This document shows, piece by piece, positions 12,640 to 24,496 of a stretch of DNA of 64,000 nt. A program made the position numbers and the translations under genes. How positions within the stretch are numbered: position 1 is the first letter of the stretch; every line of letters starts with the position of its first letter. A model generated the notes under the pieces. The model was not told where the DNA came from, made no database searches, and saw only the letters and a program-made list of their open reading frames with translations. The stretch is from Macrostomum hystrix (taxonomy: Eukaryota; Animalia; Platyhelminthes): contig CATNEN010000012.1 of the NCBI GenBank assembly GCA_950097015.1, forward strand, positions 1,922,001 through 1,986,000, in the 5' to 3' direction.

Positions 12640-14490
12640 CTGGACAAGAGAATCGACTTGTTAGACAAGAAAATCGACCTGTTAGACAAGAAAATCGACC
12701 TGTTAGACAAGAAAATCGACCTGTTAGACAAGAAAATCGACCTGTTAGACAAGAGAATCGACCTGTTAGACAAGAGAATCGACATCTCAGACAAAAGAAC
12801 CGAAATGTTAGACAAGAGAATCGACCTGTTAGACAAGAGAATCGACCTGTTAGACAAGAAAATCGACCTGTTAGATAAGAGAAGCGACCTGTTAGACAAG
12901 AGAATCGACCTGTTAGACAAGAGAATCGACCTGTTAGACAAGAGAATCGACATCTCAGACAAAAGAACCGAAATGTTAGACAAGAGAATCGACCTGTTAG
13001 ACAAGAAAATCGACCCCTCAGACAAAAGAATCGACCTGTTAGACAAGAGAAACGACCTGTTAGACAAGAGAATCGACCTGTTAGACAAGAGAATCGACCT
13101 GTTAGACAAGAGAATCGACCTGTTAGACAAGAGAATCGACATCTCAGACAAAAGAATCGACCTGTTAGACAAGAGAAACGACCTGTTAGACAAGAGAATC
13201 GACCTGTTAGACAAGAGAATCGACCTGTTAGACAAGAGAATCGACCTGTTAGACAAGAGAATCGACCTGTTAGACAAGAGAATCGACCTGTTAGACAAGA
13301 GAATCGACCTGTTAGACAATAGAATCGACCTGTTAGACAAGAAAATCGACCTGTTAGATAAGAGAAGCGACCTGTTAGACAAGAGAATCGACCTGTTAGA
13401 CAAGAGAATCGACCTGTTAGACAAGAGAATCGACATCTCAGACAAAAGAACCGAAATGTTAGACAAGAGAATCGACCTGTTAGACAAGAAAATCGACCCC
13501 TCAGACAAAAGAATCGACCTGTTAGACAAGAGAAACGACCTGTTAGACAAGAGAATCGACCTGTTAGACAAGAGAATCGACCTGTTAGACAAGAGAATCG
13601 ACCTGTTAGACAAGAGAATCGACCTGTTAGACAAGAGAATCGACCTGTTAGACAAGAGAATCGACCTGTTAGACAAGAAAATCGACCTGTTAGATAAGAG
13701 AAGCGACCTGTTAGACAAGAGAATCGACCTGTTAGACAAGAGAATCGACCTGTTAGACAAGAGAATCGACATCTCAGACAAAAGAACCGAAATGTTAGAC
13801 AAGAGAATCGACCTGTTAGACAAGAGAATCGACATCTCAGACAAAAGAATCGACCTGTTAGACAAGAGAAACGACCTGTTAGACAAGAGAATCGACCTGT
13901 TAGACAAGAGAATCGACCTGTTAGACAAGAGAATCGACCTGTTAGACAAGAGAATCGACCTGTTAGACAAGAGAATCGACCTGTTAGACAAGAGAATCGA
14001 CCTGTTAGACAAGAGAATCGACCTGTTAGACAAGAGAATCGACCTGTTAGACAAGAGAAACGACCTGTTAGACAAGAGAATCGACCTGTTAGACAAGAGA
14101 ATCGACCTGTTAGACAAGAGAATCGACCTGTTAGACAAGAGAATCGACCTGTTAGATAAGAGAAGCGACCTGTTAGACAAGAGAATCGACCTGTTAGACA
14201 GAATCGACATCTCAGACAAAAGAACCGAAATGTTAGACAAGAGAAGCGACCTGTTAGACAAGAGAATCGACCTGTTAGACAAGAGAATCGACCTGTTTGA
14301 CAAGAGTATCGACATCTCAGACAAAAGAACCGAAATGTTAGACAAGAGAATCGACCTGTTAGACAAGAGAATCGACCTGTTTGACAAGAGTATCGAGATC
14401 TCAGACAAAAGAACCGAAATGTTAGACAAGAGAATCGACCTGTTAGACAAGAGAATCGACCTGTTAGACAAGAGAATCGACCTGTTAGAT
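12640..14490 (+). repeat. 21-bp minisatellite (ATCGACCTGTTAGACAAGAGA, ~88 units) reading as an (IDLLDKR)n heptad ORF
   Basis: Direct inspection. It lies within ORF 12613..14601 (662 aa). Coding status is uncertain (see findings). Confidence 0.95.
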
Positions 14491-14832
14491 GCGGGAGTTC
14501 ATCTGCGGTGTTCAAATTTTAGCTATTTTTCAGTAGAAAGAATCAGATTTGGGACTTTAAAAATTGAAAAATTATTTCGACTCTACCCTCTTTGGCGTTA
14601 AATAAAATGAAATATTATGACCGAAGACCTAAGGATATTGGCATGCAATATTGACAGTTGACAACCTTTGAAACCACTGAAGCTGCTCAACTAATTCAGA
14701 AATTCGTCTTCTAGGCATGCAGAACACGCAACCCTACTATAGGGACCGGGGCTTGGGGTGGACTAGGCGGTAAATAGGGTGACAGACATTCCTAACAAAA
14801 AATCTGGCCCAATCAGGCATGGACACGCTAGG

Positions 14833-14835
<3 letters not shown>

Positions 14836-14874
<39 letters not shown>
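14836..14874 (+). repeat. (CAG)13 microsatellite
   Basis: 13 perfect CAG units. No convincing host exon identified. Confidence 0.95.
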
Positions 14875-14876
<2 letters not shown>

Positions 14877-17800
14877 ACCTTCGTGGCGTGACTCACTGCA
14901 TGGCGGCAGATTTTCTATAGACCGGCTTAAGGAGACCAACTCACCTCTACTTCCCACTTCCCCTAAACTCCCCTTCCCATGTGAAGTTGGCTGCGGGTGA
15001 TTCACCGACGGCTAGCACGCCACAGCCACTCCCCAAGCCTGCCCATATAATCCGAAATCCCACGCCCAGACCTCAACCCTGACTTTCCAATCCACCCCTC
15101 AAAATAATCCCCTGTATGATTTTTTCTTGTTTGCAAATATAAAGCCAATTTTTTTTAGCTTCCCAAGCATTTCCCAGCCTTTCCCAGTCTGGCGGTAGCC
15201 CACTGCCAAGCTGACTCCGTTAATAAAAAGGACTCTAAGGACCGTAAATCACTGCCGTGCAAGAGCCAAGCCAGTGCTTATAGCATCCGGACAGGTAATG
15301 AAAGCTAACGAAAGCATCCGTAATCAACTGTGCATTCAGTATTCACTCAGTAGGCCAATATATCCAACCTAAAATAGTTGGAATCGCGCCGACTGTGACT
15401 TGAGGGCTGCAGACTGGGGAGAGACGCAGCTCTGAGCAATGAGTTGGCTTTCTGGCGAGTCACTCCGCCGCCACCACCCCAACCAGCTCAGTCCGTGTCT
15501 CGTCTCCCTCCGCCAACCCAGCCCGTAGCAGCCTGCGTGAGTGTTTTTTGTAGAGGACTCGGATCACCCCATAGTGAAGCCAGTCAGCAGCCGCCAATGC
15601 TAAAATCAATATGCGCCCGTCCCACTCAGCCTTCCCTCTACTCCGCTCTGCTCACTTGTTTCGTTCACCCAGAAAGCACTCACCTCGTATGCGATATACC
15701 CGTGTAGGGTTTCCATGACTACTCCCCCATACAGCCTGCCGCTAATGCGAAGCTTCTACGCAATGTATTTCTATTTATAGAGTATGCTTCAGTCACAATG
15801 CCTGGCTAGCTTACGCTTTGGGTCCAGACTAGTGTACGCGGAGGCGCCATACATGCAACCGCTGCTGCCACTGGACCCCTCCTGTCCCGCACTGCTCCCC
15901 TATTCAACTGGCTTACCCTCAATCCATTTCTGTTCCCGCGCTGCACCCCCCCGGGACCCTACTCACCAACCTACTCCTCATTTATTCCCCCGCATGCTTT
16001 GCTGATCCCACTCACACTCTAATCCCCGAGAACCGAAAGCTTCCGTTACGGTGAGCTGCGGCTCTCGTAGAGACCAACCCCCTCCCCCATAAAACCTCCA
16101 AATATATTTTATTTCCCTGCATTTTCCTTCAGGTTCTCATTCCCGCCTTGGCTGATTTGCTTTAACAAACTGGCTGTGAAGGAAGCCGAGGTCGCTCTAA
16201 TACCGGACTGGGCATTCTAAGCCGCCGCATCCTTATTCATCCTGCCACGATCCGTTGAGTATTTCAGCGCCCTGTTTCAAGTCGAGCTCTTCGGACCGGC
16301 CAGACAGACACACAGGAGCCATTCGCCTGCTCACACTACTCAGCGCTCCCCACTGGGACCACTCTTCGCCTATATCGATCTGTTCCCTTCTCCCCATCAT
16401 CACACTCATCCTCCTCAGAACGCGCCGCATCGATTCGAGCAGCAGTGAAGGCTGTGAACCTTTTCCCGGCTCTGCCCCAACCACCCCCCAAGCCCAGCCA
16501 TTTTTGGTCTCTTTGCCAACCCGGGCGAAAAGCGAAGGAAAGAAAGGTTAGAAAGATTTCTTCGTTTTTTTCTCGTCAGCTTCTCTACCCCAAAATCTGA
16601 CCCCCCCCGGTGCTCAAAAATCCCACATCCCCGATTTGTGCTCAGGCATCGCCACAGACAGAGGATGGAAGGTGGCACTGTAGTTGTCGACTGGCTGAAG
16701 GAAGGAATTTCGGCCCGGGAGTCTGAGGATATGCCGACATTCCTAGCCGGCGATTCTCTTCCCCAACTTCTTCCCCCCAACTAGGCGAGCTGCCTAGCCC
16801 GCTCCAACACCACTTCAGCTTCCCAAGTCGATCGGGGTGAGTGTGCACCGCTCGGCTGCAGCAATCCCACTCTCTTCCCCCCCTCAGAAATCCCTCTCCT
16901 ATAGTCTAGTCCAGTTCCGATGCGCGCGGATAGAGAGAAGAGACTGATTGTACGTCTGGGCAGTCTCCCCTTTCCCGACCCGCGCCCCATCTTCCCATCT
17001 CCCACCCTCACCGCATTTTATTAGGCCCCACCAGCAAGCGAGCGATCGGCCGCCAGTGATTAGCGAGCGAAGGGCTGGTCTGTAGAGACTGCATCGCTTG
17101 AGAAGACAGCCATTGTGTAGAGCCGCTACATCGGAGTTAAGTTTGAGTAGCAGACAAGCTGAATTGAAGCAGCAATTCGGGTGAGTGCTGAGCCCCCCTC
17201 CCCAGTACGTCCGCTGCGGTCCGTTGTTCGATTTTTCGACAGAAAAGCCTGACAATTTTGTTGCTAGAAAGCGTTATTCAATTTTTTAATTGCAACGCAG
17301 TATTATGCGTCAGCAGCGTCTAGCACCAAAAGATGTCAGGATTTTCCGGACTTTGAGCAACAAAACCACCTCAACCTCAACCTCAGTAAACAGATTGGAA
17401 CTGAAATTTTCAAATGATTATTTACACACAGAAAGCACGCCTGGCGTAGACTGGTGACTCACCGCGATTGTTCTTAATCTTGTCAACTAAACTAGGGATA
17501 ATTTAATGAATCCCAGTTGCAAAGCAGAGACTTGGTCTCTGAGCTGAAGCACCAAGTCTATATCAGGAATGCTTGCTGTTTGTTCTTCGCTATTTGTACA
17601 GCTCGTGACATTGCTATGTACCTGCCAATTACATGCTATATGAATAGGGAACAAATATAATGCATATTCAATACATTACTGACTGGGTGGCGTCTTCTCA
17701 ATTTTGTTTCTGTTTTAATCGGCAATTCGACTGTGCGCAACTTTCGGCCAGTGAGAAATTATTGAACATGGATTAGGCGTCTGACAGCTGGGACTGGCGA

Positions 17801-19069
17801 GAGAGGGTAGATAATGAGCAGCTGGCATCAGACCTTGAAGCACTCAAGCCTGTCTAAATGTGATTGCTCCCACGCCGATAATACGCTGCGAGCATCTCTG
17901 AGCAGACCGAGACCCTGAGTGCTCAAACCTTGAAATCCGTTGCAGTCGCTGCAGTCTCTACACACCGAGCAGCGTTCTCATGGGGAAATCAGGCCAGGGT
18001 GAGGGAATGGTTCGAATTCTAGCATATCAGTATCCCCTCGGGATCTATAGAGTGGTCTACGGCAGACAATGGGCCACTGATTCTCTCTCTGACCTTTTCT
18101 ATGCCTGAGCGATTCTGTCCAGTGAGTGCCCCGTTCTACAGGCCCATACTACTCACCATACTCTCTTTGCGTGCTCATCCAAAATTGCCATCCCTACCCG
18201 CTAGACTCAGTAAAAGATACGGGATCAAAACTCTCTCTCAACGTTAGGTTCGGCTCTCTCAAATGGGAGTGAAATCTTGCCCTAGGCTTTGCTTGCCAGC
18301 ATCTAAGGACCACATTACTCTCTTGTCTCAACCTTTTAGCAGCGTATTATCCCCCGTTCACTCAAATCTTCCAGCCTCCTCTCTGTTCCAATTATCCTCT
18401 TCTGTCTGGCCTCCGGATGGGGGGCCTTAAAAAATTGCTAGCCTTGTAGCTTTCAGTATCCCCAGAAAGTGCTAAAAATAGGCCGAAAGATGGAGTGAGA
18501 GAGGGAGAGAGGAGACATGAAGTGGGCGAGGCGAGAGGGCGAAGGCATACATCCAGCGTCTACGATATTTTTTGGCCCATAGCCAGACCCAGTCAATCCT
18601 TCCCCAATATATCCCCTTCCCAGTCTTATCGGCATCCCCTTTCTTTTTTCTCCCCTTTATTTGCTAGCAGGCCGGGCTCACCTCCTGGGTGAGGTTGCTA
18701 GCGTTCCTGCTAGCAACGCTGACAGGGCCGAATCCTTAACCCTACCCGGGCCAATATTACTTTCTAGATAATGTGTAGTCCTAGAATACTAGAACTGGTG
18801 GGCTTTGGAAGCGAGGCATTAGTCAGCTATGGCGCCTGTGTACATGTCTACTTTCATTTTCGCAGTTGCCGGACAATGAACTTTCACTACTAGAAGCCCT
18901 TTTCTAACCAAGCTGTACGCTAATAATTTCTTCCTTGAATTCTTTCTTCCTTCAGCTTAAGCTTTTCTTCAAGTTGGTAGTTTCAGTTTAACTCGGGTGA
19001 AAAACTGCATTTTTCGTGCAAATTTTTCCACCCATGCATTTTTCAGACTTTTTATACATCTTAAAAGCT

Positions 19070-19348
19070 CCTGTCTCATCTCTCCCTGTCTCATCTCTCC
19101 CTGTCTCATCTCTCCCTGTCTCATCTCTCCTGTCTCATCTCTCCCTGTCTCATCTCTCCCTGTCTCATCTCTCCCTGTCTCATCTCTCCCTGTCTCATCT
19201 CTCCCTGTCTCATCTCTCCCTGTCTCATCTCTCGCCTGTCTCATCTCTCGCCTGTCTCATCTCCCACTGTCTCATCTCTCCATGTCTCATCTCTCACTGT
19301 CTCATTAGGTTCAGTCTGGCTCGCTAGGTATAAAGGATTGCCGACCAC
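19070..19348 (+). mobile_element. 5'-truncated, diverged relative of the 6585-8027 hAT MITE (minisatellite plus right end)
   Basis: A CTGTCTCATCTCTCC array is followed by TTAGGTTCAGTCTGGCTCGCTAGGTATAAAGGATTGCCGACCACGG, which aligns by eye to the MITE right end TTAGGTTCTCTTTTTGGCCCCACTAGCTAATAAGTTTGCCGACCCCTG. No left TIR or TSD found. Confidence 0.6.
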
Positions 19349-19714
19349 GGACAGGCCTAGTCCTTCAGACGCCACCATCTGCAAGCTGTCCTGATTATAG
19401 TACATGTAGTTGCATCGCGTGATTGTGGAAAAGGGGTTGCAGCGTGGCTTCGGGTATCTTGTTTGAAATTAATAATTTATGGCCTACAATGTTTGGAGTC
19501 GCCTAAGTTGCAATCAATAAAAAACGCAGTTGCAGACAGGAGTTTCGATATAAGGATTCAGTACAGCTGCATATTTCTTTATTTGTTTCATACATATTAT
19601 TTCGTCTAAGTCAGAGTAAAGCAGCTATGCATTAGCAGGCCATAGTGCACTATGTAACTTTCTGTAAAAATCTAACACAGATATTGATTGACGGCTTGAT
19701 GACAGTTGATGAGA

Positions 19715-19990
19715 GAGAAGGATACTGATAGACGAGAGATAGGGGCTGATAGATGAGAGATAGGGGCTGATAGACGATAGATAGAGGGTGATAGACGAGC
19801 GGTAGAGGGTGATAAATGAGAGACAGAGGATGATAGATGAGAGATAGAGGGTGATGGTAGAGAGATAGAGGGTGATAGACGAGAGATAGAGGGTGATGGT
19901 AGAGAGATAGAGGGTGATAGACGAGAGATCGACGAGAGATAGAGCGTGATAGACGAGAGATACGAGCGTAGAGGATAATTTAAGAGAGAT
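19715..19990. repeat. Degenerate GA-rich ~21-bp minisatellite (GATAGACGAGAGATAGAGGGT-like)
   Basis: Direct inspection. Confidence 0.8.
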
Positions 19991-21116
19991 GATAGGTAAA
20001 TAATATGTCCATAATCTATGGCAAAAGCAGCCACGGATGGATTTGGGAGTCACTGGGGTGGGCGTCGCGCAGTTTTTTACGAATCAAATTTTTTGGTTCG
20101 AAAAAGTGGATGCTAATTTCGTTAAAAATATCTAATTGCACCGCTTTGTTTTATTGAAAACTGACGTTCCCTGCTAGACCATTGGAAATTAGTACATTGT
20201 GTGTAAGTTTATAACTGCTAGTCCCCGATGGCAATAATATATTATAATTAAGCGATGATTTTTCCCCTTTTACAGTGTCCAGAAAATTCCTCTTAATTAT
20301 TTCCCCCCTCTCTCTCTCTATGCCTTGTCGCGCTAGTTTCTTGTACTGATTGATGAAGTCAGGCGACAGGACAGGCCGCTGCTGCTGCTAATGCTAACTG
20401 ACTGGCGGCCCCTCTACTCTCACCCACCATTTCTTCCCCCTCCATCACGACAAGTCTATGTGACTCAGTTCGACTCAATGTGACGTTTGATACTACTTAA
20501 CTATGCGTGCGTGCGGATTGGCCCGCCTGACCATCAGGAGAGGGCAAAAAAACAAATCAGAAAAAAAGTAATTTTATTGTCGTTCGTCTGGCCCAGCTGG
20601 GTTAGATGTCGTTTCTATCTATCAATCAGAAATATTTCTTTCACACAATTCCGAATCTAGCCCTAACCTCGATTTGTGATTCAGCAGTTCATTCTTTACT
20701 TACGTGTGACTTGATTCTAAGAAAATATTCGAATCTAAGAAAATCAGCAAAAAATAAATTAGAATTCAGATAAGCTTTCTAGCTCAGTCTCAGTGATGGA
20801 TGTCAGAACACTTCCTGAATGCCGCCGTTTACCATCGTAGAGCATCAATTTACTTTGTAAAGTCAAAGCGCTCCCCCAGCTATCCATCAGCGATCCAAGC
20901 AGGCTGCAAGAAGCAAACGAGATGGGAGCCAGAGGTTAGCGATAGCGCCGCTGCCTCTAGATAAAATTTCAGGAGAAATTCTATCCACAGATTGAATGAT
21001 TGCATTTGAAACTAACTCAGTACAGTTTATCGCCTTAGGCTAAGATACAAAAATACTTATTTATGGTTTAGCCAATACGAGCGTAACGAAGTCTAGGGTC
21101 AGCCGATCCCATGAAA

Positions 21117-23017
21117 GATGGGATCTGTATAAATTCTGGGATCTGTCTAAATTCTGGGATCTGTCTAAATTCTGGGATCTGTCTAAATTCTGGGATCTGT
21201 CTAAATTCTGGGATCTGTCTAAATTCTGGGATCTGTCTAAATTCTGGGATCTGTCTAAATTCTGGGATCTGTCTAAATTCTGGGATCTGTCTAAATTCTG
21301 GGATCTGTCTAAATTCTGGGATCTGTCTAAATTCTGGGATCTGTCTAAATTCTGGGATCTGTCTAAATTCTGGGATCTGTCTAAATTCTGGGATCTCTGT
21401 AAATTCTGGGATCTGTCTAAATTCTGGGATCTGTCTAAATTCTGGGATCTGTCTAAATTCTGGGATCTGTCTAAATTCTGGGATCTGTCTAAATTCTGGG
21501 ATCTGTCTACATTCTTGGATCTGTCTAAATTCTGGGATCTGTCTACATTCTGGGATCTGTCTAAATTCTGGGATCTGTCTAAATTCTGGGATCTGTCTAA
21601 ATTCTGGGATCTCTGTAAATTCTGGGATCTGTCTAAATTCTGGGATCTGTCTAAATTCTGGGATCTGTCTAAATTCTGGGATCTGTCTAAATTCTGGGAT
21701 CTGTCTAAATTCTGGGATCTGTCTAAATTCTGGGATCTGTCTAAATTCTGGAATCTGTCTAAATTCTGGGATCTGTCTACATTCTTGGATCTGTCTAAAT
21801 TCTGGGATCTGTCTACATTCTGGGATCTGTCTAAATTCTGGGATCTGTCTAAATTCTGGGATCTGTCTAAATTCTGGGATCTCTGTAAATTCTGGGATCT
21901 GTCTAAATTCTGGGATCTGTCTAAATTCTGGGATCTGTCTAAATTCTGGGATCTGTCTAAATTCTGGGATCTGTCTAAATTCTGGGATCTGTCTAAATTC
22001 TGGGATCTGTCTAAATTCTGGAATCTGTCTAAATTCTGGGATCTGTCTACATTCTTGGATCTGTCTAAATTCTGGGATCTGTCTACATTCTGGGATCTGT
22101 CTAAATTCTGGGATCTGTCTAAATTCTGGGATCTGTCTAAATTCTGGGATCTCTGTAAATTCTGGGATCTGTCTAAATTCTGGGATCTGTCTAAATTCTG
22201 GGATCTGTCTAAATTCTGGGATCTGTCTAAATTCTGGGATCTGTCTAAATTCTGGGATCTGTCTAAATTCTGGGATCTGTCTAAATTCTGGAATCTGTCT
22301 AAATTCTGGGATCTGTCTACATTCTTGGATCTGTCTAAATTCTGGGATCTGTCTACATTCTGGGATCTGTCTAAATTCTGGGATCTGTCTAAATTCTGGG
22401 ATCTGTCTAAATTCTGGGATCTCTGTAAATTCTGGGATCTGTCTAAATTCTGGGATCTGTCTAAATTCTGGGATCTGTCTAAATTCTGGGATCTGTCTAA
22501 ATTCTGGGATCTGTCTAAATTCTGGGATCTGTCTAAATTCTGGAATCTGTCTACATTCTGGGATATGTCTAAATTCTGGGATCTGTCTACATTCTTGGAT
22601 CTGTCTAAATTCTGGGATCTGTCTACATTCTGGGATCTGTCTAAATTCTGGGATCTGTCTAAATTCTGGGATCTGTCTAAATTCTGGGATCTCTGTAAAT
22701 TCTGGGATCTGTCTAAATTCTGGGATCTGTCTAAATTCTGGGATCTGTCTAAATTCTGGGATCTGTCTAAATTCTGGAATCTGTCTAAATTCTGGGATCT
22801 GTCTAAATTCTGGGATCTGTCTACATTCTGGGATCTGTCTAAATTCTGGGATCTGTCTACATTCTGGGATCTGTCTAAATTCTGGGATCTGTCTAAATTC
22901 TGGGATCTGTCTAAATTCTGGGATCTGTCTAAATTCTGGAATCTGTCTACATTCTGGGATATGTCTAAATTCTAGGATCTGTCGAAATTCTGGGATCTGT
23001 CTAAAGTCTGGGATCTG
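21117..23017. repeat. 18-bp minisatellite (AATTCTGGGATCTGTCTA, ~105 units) with a 270-bp higher-order period
   Basis: The diagnostic variant CTCTGTAAAT recurs at ~21612, 21882, 22152, 22422 and 22692 (every 15 units). Confidence 0.95.
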
Positions 23018-23819
23018 ACTAAATGAAGAGATGAATTAAAAAATGGCCATGTTGTTATGGGCAACCGGTGGACCAGATGACTCAAGCATTGTTTCAAGAA
23101 GAAAAGCTAGGCACTGTACGAGTGGAGACACTAACAATGTTTAGGACAATGTCGAAACGGGACTCGCAGAGGAGTCCCCAAACACAGCATGCCGTCATGC
23201 AGAAACTCGTTTCCATGGTGACATCACGCAGTTCTTTTTTCTCCTATCGTTTTTTCTTCTCTACCGCCTCTGCGAATCTTTGCTTCTTGTGGGTGTCCCT
23301 CTGTCTGGAATCCACCCGAATGCCCCGCCTGTCTAACCGGATCTCCTGTCCTGCGACGGCCCTCCTGTCCCGTCCGCTCCCACCGGAGGAATAAGCCTTG
23401 AAGACCGGAGGAGCACGGATCAGACCGGGCAAGAAGCCTCGAAACTCAATAATTAAATAGTCATCGGCCAAGTCGTTTTCTCAGACCCGGACTTGCTTCA
23501 TCCCGCCCGCGCCTAACCCGGAATTTCATTTGGCTAACTTCCCTTCAGCAGTGTCTGCTTCCTAACTCCTTCCTCTCCTCTCCTCAGTCTCTTTGATTCC
23601 CAGTGGCATCAGCAGCTCATCAGTTGGACTCGGCTAGTCTCAGTTTTTCTTCCGAGCAGAACATGAGCAGATGACTGCGCTGGGGGATTTGGGAATTTCG
23701 GCACGTTTTTTCGTTCTCCCGCACTTGGCCGCAGTGGCACCAATTCTTATTCCCAACAGCAGCCGAAGATGAGAATATTTGTTCGGTTCTGCCTGAAATA
23801 TTGCAAAAGAGATGACTTG

Positions 23820-24295
23820 AGAGATGGGGAGAGATGAGACAGTAGGGGAGAAGTAGGGAGAGATGAGACAGTAGGGGAGAGATAGGAAGTGATGAGACAG
23901 TAGGGGAGAAGTAGGGAGAGATGAGACAGAAGGGGAGAGATAGGGAGAGATGAGACAGTAGGGGAGAAGTAGGGAGAGATGAGACAGTAGGGGAGAGATA
24001 GGAAGTGATGAGACAGTAGGGGAGAAGTAGGGAGAGATGAGACAGTAGGGGAGAGATAGGGAGTGATGAGACAGTAGGGGAGAGATAGGGAGAGATGAGA
24101 CAGTAGGGGAGAGATAGGGAAAGATGAGATAGCAGGGGAGAGGTAGGGAGAGATGAGACAGTAGGGGAGAGATAGGGAGTGATGAGACAGTAGAGGAGAG
24201 ATAGGGATTGATGAGACAGTAAGGGAGAGATAGTGAAAGATGAGATAGCAGGGGAGAGATAGGGAGAGATGAGACAGTAGGGGAGAGTTAGTGAG
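23820..24295. repeat. GA-rich minisatellite sharing the GGAGAGATGAGAC core
   Basis: Units such as GGGGAGAGATAGGGAGAGATGAGACAGTA, with the same core as the arrays at 298-5990, 6700-7950 and 19070-19305. Confidence 0.9.
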
Positions 24296-24496
24296 AAAGA
24301 GATAAGAAGATCGGTAGATCAATTGACTAAAGCACTGGCTAAATTTAACGAGCGCTGGCTATGGTTATAGTCTATGGCCAAATGTGATCTTGACTGAGCC
24401 AAGCTTCATTCAGTATTCTACGCTTGCAAAGTATCAGTGTAAAGCTTCATAAAGTAAAGTATATAAAGCTTCATTCAGTTAGTGTTATAAGAAAAA

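Noticed and set aside
21111-23018. (NSGICL)n and (WDLSKF)n ORFs
   Set aside because: Translations of the 18-bp array with no evidence of frame-specific constraint.
23068-23471. Short ORFs on both strands (108 aa +, 75 aa -)
   Set aside because: No recognisable motif or consistent splice sites; cannot be supported.
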